Shown here piece after piece: positions 57,079 to 63,381 of a stretch of DNA of 63,381 bases (positions are counted from its first letter, which is position 1; each line of letters starts with the position of its first letter). Both the position numbers and the translations under genes were made by a program. The notes under the pieces are model-generated. The model worked only from the letters and a program-made list of their open reading frames with translations. It ran no database searches and was not told the DNA's origin. This stretch comes from a bacterium (lineage in GTDB: Bacteria > Zhuqueibacterota > Zhuqueibacteria > Oceanimicrobiales > Oceanimicrobiaceae): positions 1-63,381 of the forward strand of contig JBHHXT010000007.1 of the NCBI GenBank assembly GCA_046757165.1, given 5' to 3'.

Positions 57079-57600
57079 TCAAAATTTGGCACGCAGGGAA
57101 AATCCCAGCATGATTGGACGTGAAGAGGCGCCCAGGTCGGTCTGAAGGGCGCCAAGTCGCAAAGCCAGATCTGGCCCGGCGTCAAAATCGTATAGATGCG
57201 CGTCGATGTAGGCGTCCAGCATGCTCAAGAGCTTGGTCGCCCCCAACAGCCAGAACATGAGATTTCTTTTGTCCTGATAGAATTCCTGCTGTGCGGGTTG
57301 CGCACGAAACTTGGTCGCCTGGTTGTCATAATAGATGGCATAGCCTATCAAAGCCCCGTGGGCAGCGAGCACGATGACGGTTTTGATCCACTGTCCATTA
57401 TAAGCCTGGCCCCATCCGGGGAGGGCAAGTGAGCGCAACATCGCGCCTTTGGGTGACTTTGATTTCTTCTTTGTTGGCTGTCGTGCTGTTGTGGTGTCAC
57501 CGGCAACCGTCCTGCCCTCATGAATGGCAGCCACCTGTGCCTGAACAAACGCACCATCTGAAAATAGAACAAGGGATATCAGGAGCACGATAGTTTTCAT
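57079..57600 (-). CDS. DUF5683-like membrane/secreted protein
   Basis: Signal peptide; KSPKGAMLRSLALPGWGQAYN, LDAYIDAHL. Confidence 0.75.
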   Translation of the reverse strand: MKTIVLLISLVLFSDGAFVQAQVAAIHEGRTVAGDTTTARQPTKKKSKSPKGAMLRSLALPGWGQAYNGQWIKTVIVLAAHGALIGYAIYYDNQATKFRAQPAQQEFYQDKRNLMFWLLGATKLLSMLDAYIDAHLYDFDAGPDLALRLGALQTDLGASSRPIMLGFSLRAKF

Positions 57601-57668
57601 CTGGTTCCAGGGGTAGCTGTCAGAAACAAAAAATAAATATACAACAAAATTCACTTAAATCCAAGGGT

Positions 57669-57851
57669 CTATTCGATTTCCTCGAAATCCGCATCTTCAA
57701 CATCGTGCTGGCTCAGATCCAGCGGCCCCTTGCCCTTTGGTTTCCCATCCACTTGCTCTCTTTCCGAACCGAACAGTCTCAAGATGCCGCGGAAGAGTTT
57801 TATCCCCCAGTAGAACAAAATCGCGATCAAAATCAAACGCAAAAGAGACAT
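57669..57851 (-). CDS. Small hypothetical membrane protein
   Basis: 60 aa with an N-terminal hydrophobic helix and C-terminal VEDADFEEIE; abuts the dNK stop. Confidence 0.75.
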   Translation of the reverse strand: MSLLRLILIAILFYWGIKLFRGILRLFGSEREQVDGKPKGKGPLDLSQHDVEDADFEEIE

Positions 57852-58492
57852 TACTGCTCATGCTTGATAGGTGAATAATATTGAGTCCCCGAAATGGGCC
57901 GAATCGCCTGGTTGACAAGCTCTTCGAAATCTTCCTCTTTGTTGACAAAGTCGATCTCGGTGGAGTTGATAATGAGCAGCGGCGAATCTTCATAATTGAA
58001 AAAGAATTGATTGTACGCTTCGTTGAGCTCCCGAATATAGGCCTCCGTGATCGGCCTCTCGTAGTCGCGGTTGCGTTTGCGGATGTTGAACATCAACCGC
58101 TCGGTACTCGACTGAAGATAGAGCACCAGATCCGGTTTTGGGATGTCCCGCTCCAGCAGCGAGGCGATTTTGTCATATAAAAACAACTCACGATCTTCCA
58201 GGGTGATGGTGGCAAAAATGCGGTCCTTTGCAAAAATGTAGTCCGCGACGAGCATATCGTGGAAGAGCTCACGCTGGGGAACTTCTTGCTGCTGGCGATA
58301 CCGGCTCAGCAAAAAGAACAATTGCGTCGGAAAGGCAAATTGTCGCGGATCTCGATAAAAATCTTTGAGGAAGGGATTCTCGTCCTGTTTCTCAAGGATT
58401 TGGCGTGCGCCGAAATGGTCTGCCAACTTCTGAGCCAGGCTGGTCTTGCCGACACCAATCACGCCTTCAATTGCAATATATTGCAGTCGCAC
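57851..58492 (-). CDS. Deoxynucleoside kinase
   Basis: IEGVIGVGKT, ENPFL..FY, TQLFFL, KDRIFA, PDLVLYL. Confidence 0.93.
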   Translation of the reverse strand: MRLQYIAIEGVIGVGKTSLAQKLADHFGARQILEKQDENPFLKDFYRDPRQFAFPTQLFFLLSRYRQQQEVPQRELFHDMLVADYIFAKDRIFATITLEDRELFLYDKIASLLERDIPKPDLVLYLQSSTERLMFNIRKRNRDYERPITEAYIRELNEAYNQFFFNYEDSPLLIINSTEIDFVNKEEDFEELVNQAIRPISGTQYYSPIKHEQ

Positions 58493-58501
58493 CGAGTCCT
58501 C

Positions 58502-59023
58502 TCATCTTGCTTGGTACCATATCTCCTTCCTGGGCAGCACCATCTCCACGGCGCCGGTAGCCTGACACCTATCAAGCAGATCCTCGACTTTCTGCGAGCC
58601 AGGAGGGACAACAAAACCGGGCGCAATCTCAGCCAGCGGCTGAAGAACGAATCGCCGGTTTTGCACCTGCGGATGAGGGATCACAAGCGATTCACTGTTG
58701 AGCACGCGCTCCCCCCAGTACAGAATATCGATATCGAGGGGTCTCGGGCCCCAGCGGAAGCCACGCACGCGCCCGAAATCTTGTTCAATTCTATGAGCCT
58801 GGTCGAGCATTCTTTCCGGAGTAAGAGTGGTGGAGATTTGAACGACCATGTTCAAGAAATCAGGTTGCTCGGCATAGCCGACGGGCTCAGATTCGTAAAT
58901 TGAAGAACAGTGCACGATGTTGGTTGCCGGCAGGCTCACAATTGCCCCGAGCGCGCGTTGCAAGGTCTCGCGTCGATTGCCAACGTTTGACCCCAGGCCA
59001 AGAAAAACCGCTTCCTGCCGCAT
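58502..59023 (-). CDS. folK: 2-amino-4-hydroxy-6-hydroxymethyldihydropteridine diphosphokinase
   Basis: LGLGSNVG, SSIYES, FLN, WGPRPLDIDIL, PHP, RRFVL. Confidence 0.96.
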   Translation of the reverse strand: MRQEAVFLGLGSNVGNRRETLQRALGAIVSLPATNIVHCSSIYESEPVGYAEQPDFLNMVVQISTTLTPERMLDQAHRIEQDFGRVRGFRWGPRPLDIDILYWGERVLNSESLVIPHPQVQNRRFVLQPLAEIAPGFVVPPGSQKVEDLLDRCQATGAVEMVLPRKEIWYQAR

Positions 59024-59392
59024 TCAAGACCCGGCTTTCCGGATAATTTCGACCTCGATGCCGTCTTGAATTCCCCGGATGGGGGCATGAGGCTTGCGGA
59101 CCCGCACCATAAGTTCGGCTACGGCAAATTTGTCGAGCACCCTCTCTGCCACACGTTCTGCCATCGTCTCGACCAAATTGACCTTCTGGTTGACGATGAC
59201 CTCCTCCACGGCCTCAAACACAGCGTACAAATCCACCGTATCTTTCAGCTTGTCGCTCGCGGCGGCAGCCCGCACATCGATCTTCAGCTCCATATCGACT
59301 TCAAAGCGCTGGCCGATCTCTCTTTCCTCGTCCCACACGCCATGATAAGCGTGGAAGGTCATATTTCTTAGTCGCAGAATGTCGTTCGGCAT
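59024..59392 (-). CDS. folB: Dihydroneopterin aldolase
   Basis: FHAYHGV..EE..GQRF, DTVD, NLVET, VRKP. Confidence 0.94.
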   Translation of the reverse strand: MPNDILRLRNMTFHAYHGVWDEEREIGQRFEVDMELKIDVRAAAASDKLKDTVDLYAVFEAVEEVIVNQKVNLVETMAERVAERVLDKFAVAELMVRVRKPHAPIRGIQDGIEVEIIRKAGS

Positions 59393-59496
59393 GCTCTTAC
59401 TCTTCTCGAGCCCCAGGGCTGTTCGGTCATGGGTGCAGGTTTGAACCAGAAATCGGGAAATTCTGGCTCGCGGTCAGATTCTCAGGATCAAACGCA

Positions 59497-59525
59497 AATA
59501 TATCAAAATAATAGCCGTTTGTCAA
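59497..59525 (-). promoter_or_regulatory. Sigma-70 promoter for folB-folK-dNK
   Basis: TTGACA-N17-TATATT on the minus strand. Confidence 0.7.
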
Positions 59526-59529
59526 GAAC

Positions 59530-59566
59530 AAAAAAGGCCGCCTGTCGCACGACAAGCGGCCTTTTT
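59530..59566 (-). terminator. Intrinsic terminator of groESL (potentially bidirectional)
   Basis: aaaaaaggccgcctgtcg-ca-cgacaagcggccttttt hairpin flanked by A and T tracts, just after the groEL stop. Confidence 0.85.
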
Positions 59567-59588
59567 GCAAGCAAAGATTGCGGAACTT

Positions 59589-61268
<1,680 letters not shown>

Positions 61269-61275
61269 CTAATGA

Positions 61276-61560
61276 TTAAACAACGGCAAGAATATCATTC
61301 TCACGCATGATAAGATAGTCTTTCCCATCGATGGTCACTTCGGTGCCAGAGTATTTGCCGTAGAGCACACGATCGCCCTTCTTGACCTCCATCGCCACAC
61401 TATTGCCCGCATCATTCACTTTGCCCGGACCAACGGCCACCACTTCGCCTTCCTGTGGTTTTTCCTTAGCGGTGTCGGGAATAATGATGTTTCCGTGTTT
61501 CTTCTCCTCAGGATCGATCGGCTTGACAATGACACGATCCGCTAACGGTTTAACATTCAT
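61276..61560 (-). CDS. groS: Co-chaperonin GroES
   Basis: [29 protein letters not shown] 61560 follows AAAGGAGG. Confidence 0.98.
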   Translation of the reverse strand: MNVKPLADRVIVKPIDPEEKKHGNIIIPDTAKEKPQEGEVVAVGPGKVNDAGNSVAMEVKKGDRVLYGKYSGTEVTIDGKDYLIMRENDILAVV

Positions 61561-61620
61561 GTAACGTCCTCCTTTAATTATTTGAAGGTTAAAAAAACGC
61601 AAAAATTTCGACAGAAACTA

Positions 61621-61647
61621 TTAGCACTCCATGGCAATGAGTGCCAG
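61621..61647. promoter_or_regulatory. CIRCE operator (HrcA binding site)
   Basis: TTAGCACTC-N9-GAGTGCCAG versus consensus TTAGCACTC-N9-GAGTGCTAA, upstream of groES. Confidence 0.92.
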
Positions 61648-61658
61648 CAGACGGCCCA

Positions 61659-61688
61659 AATATAAGAAAATTAACCTCCATTTGTCAA
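61659..61688 (-). promoter_or_regulatory. Sigma-70 promoter of groESL
   Basis: TTGACA-N18-TATATT immediately upstream of CIRCE. Confidence 0.75.
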
Positions 61689-61771
61689 GCAAAAAGTTCA
61701 AGTGTTAAGAGAATGATACAGGCAGGGGAGGAAGCGAGTTAGAAAAGGGGCCTAACCACCTGGTTGTCAGA

Positions 61772-63190
61772 TCATAGAGGTGACGACAACACGCGCTCAA
61801 AAGCTGCTATCATAGCAGGTTCATCCTCTTCCGGCACGGTGCGCAGGTCAAAAAACAAACGGTCGTCCCGAACATAGCCAACGAGCGCTGGCTCGCACAT
61901 ACGGAAAGCTCGCGCCAGTTTCTCTATTGCAGTCGAGGACGATGACAAGCACAGGGCCTTGCTCGGCAGCGCCTCCAGCGGCAGTGCACCGCTTCCCATC
62001 TGAACCGTGGAATCGACAACACCAACCTCGACGGCCTCAGATCTCACCTGGCAGACTTTGGCCCTGACCCGTTCGGCCCGTTTCTCGACATGCTCCACAG
62101 GCTCGAGCAACATGCGAAAGACCTGGCTGAGCTCCGGCAACTGTTCCTGCTGCAAATAATGCTTCAGCGTCGGCTCCAGCGCCGCGTAAACGAGCTTATC
62201 GCAGCGCAGCGCCCGCAGCAGCGGATTGGACTTGATCAAGTCCAGGCACTTCTTTTTCCCGACGATGATTCCGGACTGGGGGCCGCCCAATACCTTGTCG
62301 CCGCTAAAGGTCGACACGTCTACGCCAGCGGCAATGCTTTCGCGCGCCACTGGCTCGTATGGCAGCCCGTGTTTGCGCAAATCAAACAAGATGCCGCCGC
62401 CGAGATCCTGCATGACTGGCAAGTCGTGTCCCTGCGCAAACTCCACCAACTCAGATAGCGGCACCTCCTTTGTGAAACCCTGGACACGGTAATTGGAAGG
62501 ATGGACAACACAAATCAGGCTGGTGTCGGGCGACAGCGCCTTTTGGTAGTCTTTGAGATGGGTCTTGTTGGTGGTGCCAACTTCCACCATTCTCGTGCCA
62601 CTCTTCGCCATCACCTCAGGGATGCGGAAGGAGCCCCCGATTTCCACCAATTGACCCCGGGAGACAATGGTCTCTTTGGCAAACGCCAGCGTGTTCAGGG
62701 TCAACAAAACGGCCGCGGCATTGTTGTTGACCACACAGGCTGCTTCGGCGCCGGTGAGATGGCACAAGAGCGCTTCGACGTGAGCGGTTCTTTTTCCCCG
62801 TTTGCCGCTCCCCAGCTCGAACTCGAGATTGCAATAGCCTTCAGCTACTTTCTGAATGTTTCGCAGCGCTTCCTTTGGCAACGGCGCCCGGCCCAGGCCC
62901 GTATGCAGGATAATTCCCGTGGCGTTGATCACCTTTCTCAAGCTCGGTCGCAAGCTTTGCTCGAGCTGTGACACGGCTTCCCTGACGATCTGCTCCTGGA
63001 TTTTCGCGCGCGTTCGTGGAGCCCCACGACCGCCGTTCAGAATGGTTTTCCTGACCGCGTTGGTTGCTTTTTGAACAGCCAAAACGACGAAATCATGGCA
63101 GTACGTGGCAAGATAAGATTCTAACGCAGGATGGTTGAGAATCTGGCTGATCTGTGGGATGGCCGCAAGCTGTTTTTGATGCTTGTCCAT
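61772..63190 (-). CDS. selA: L-seryl-tRNA(Sec) selenium transferase
   Basis: VINATGIILHTGLGRA, VNNNAAAV, SRGQLVEIGGSFRIP, EVGTTNKT, FSGDKVLGGPQ. Confidence 0.95.
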   Translation of the reverse strand: MDKHQKQLAAIPQISQILNHPALESYLATYCHDFVVLAVQKATNAVRKTILNGGRGAPRTRAKIQEQIVREAVSQLEQSLRPSLRKVINATGIILHTGLGRAPLPKEALRNIQKVAEGYCNLEFELGSGKRGKRTAHVEALLCHLTGAEAACVVNNNAAAVLLTLNTLAFAKETIVSRGQLVEIGGSFRIPEVMAKSGTRMVEVGTTNKTHLKDYQKALSPDTSLICVVHPSNYRVQGFTKEVPLSELVEFAQGHDLPVMQDLGGGILFDLRKHGLPYEPVARESIAAGVDVSTFSGDKVLGGPQSGIIVGKKKCLDLIKSNPLLRALRCDKLVYAALEPTLKHYLQQEQLPELSQVFRMLLEPVEHVEKRAERVRAKVCQVRSEAVEVGVVDSTVQMGSGALPLEALPSKALCLSSSSTAIEKLARAFRMCEPALVGYVRDDRLFFDLRTVPEEDEPAMIAAFERVLSSPL

Positions 63191-63302
63191 CGAGGACTGT
63201 GTTATCCCTTACCTGAATGGATCGATCTAGCGTTGAATTGTCCTGTCACCGGGTGTCATTTTTGGCAAGAAATGAGATTTAAATCCCAAAAAAATAAAGA
63301 TT

Positions 63303-63381
63303 TCACGCAAAGACGCTAAGGCGCAAAGAGCATCGCAAAGAAAAACCTTTGCGTATTCTTTGCGTCTCTGCGACTTTGCGT
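63303..63381. repeat. Periodic palindromic intergenic element (cgcaaag / ctttgcg units)
   Basis: cacgcaaagacgctaaggcgcaaag..cgcaaag followed by ctttgcg..ctttgcgtctctgcgactttgcgt; runs to the window edge. Confidence 0.75.

Overview
A 63.4-kb bacterial chromosomal segment in which all 54 credible genes lie on the minus strand. Gene content (GWxTD proteins, a DUF5683-like protein, GroEL type, periodic intergenic palindromes) suggests an FCB-superphylum organism such as candidate division KSB1; this is an inference. The left half (~0.15-32.4 kb) is a surface-glycan locus in two apparent transcription units. Each unit is preceded by a sigma-54-type -24/-12 element and a tandem TGT-N11-AC(A/G) enhancer pair about 100 bp upstream. 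Unit 1 is STAS-HTH, wza, wzc, UDP-GlcA epimerase, priming sugar transferase and ugd. Unit 2 is GT4, asnB, radical SAM, methyltransferase, GlpD-like oxidoreductase, SDR, flippase-acyltransferase fusion, glutaminase-less AsnB, proC, membrane hydrolase, an ArnC/GtrB-like pair, further GTs, a GT-C (GT39) and an SDR-Gfo/Idh/MocA fusion. The right half is mostly housekeeping: glgA-like/galT, CpoB-like and OM barrel proteins, mreBCD-mrdA-rodA, purHN, LD-carboxypeptidase, two GWxTD proteins, rimO, ftsY, purF, an NSS transporter, dNK, folKB, groESL with CIRCE, and selA. It also holds a UbiA-ferredoxin-geranylgeranyl reductase-CDP-alcohol phosphatidyltransferase cluster reminiscent of archaeal isoprenoid lipid synthesis. 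Several full-length enzymes have lost canonical catalytic motifs. No rRNA, tRNA, CRISPR array or intact transposase was recognised. All calls come from motif recognition by eye, without database searches.
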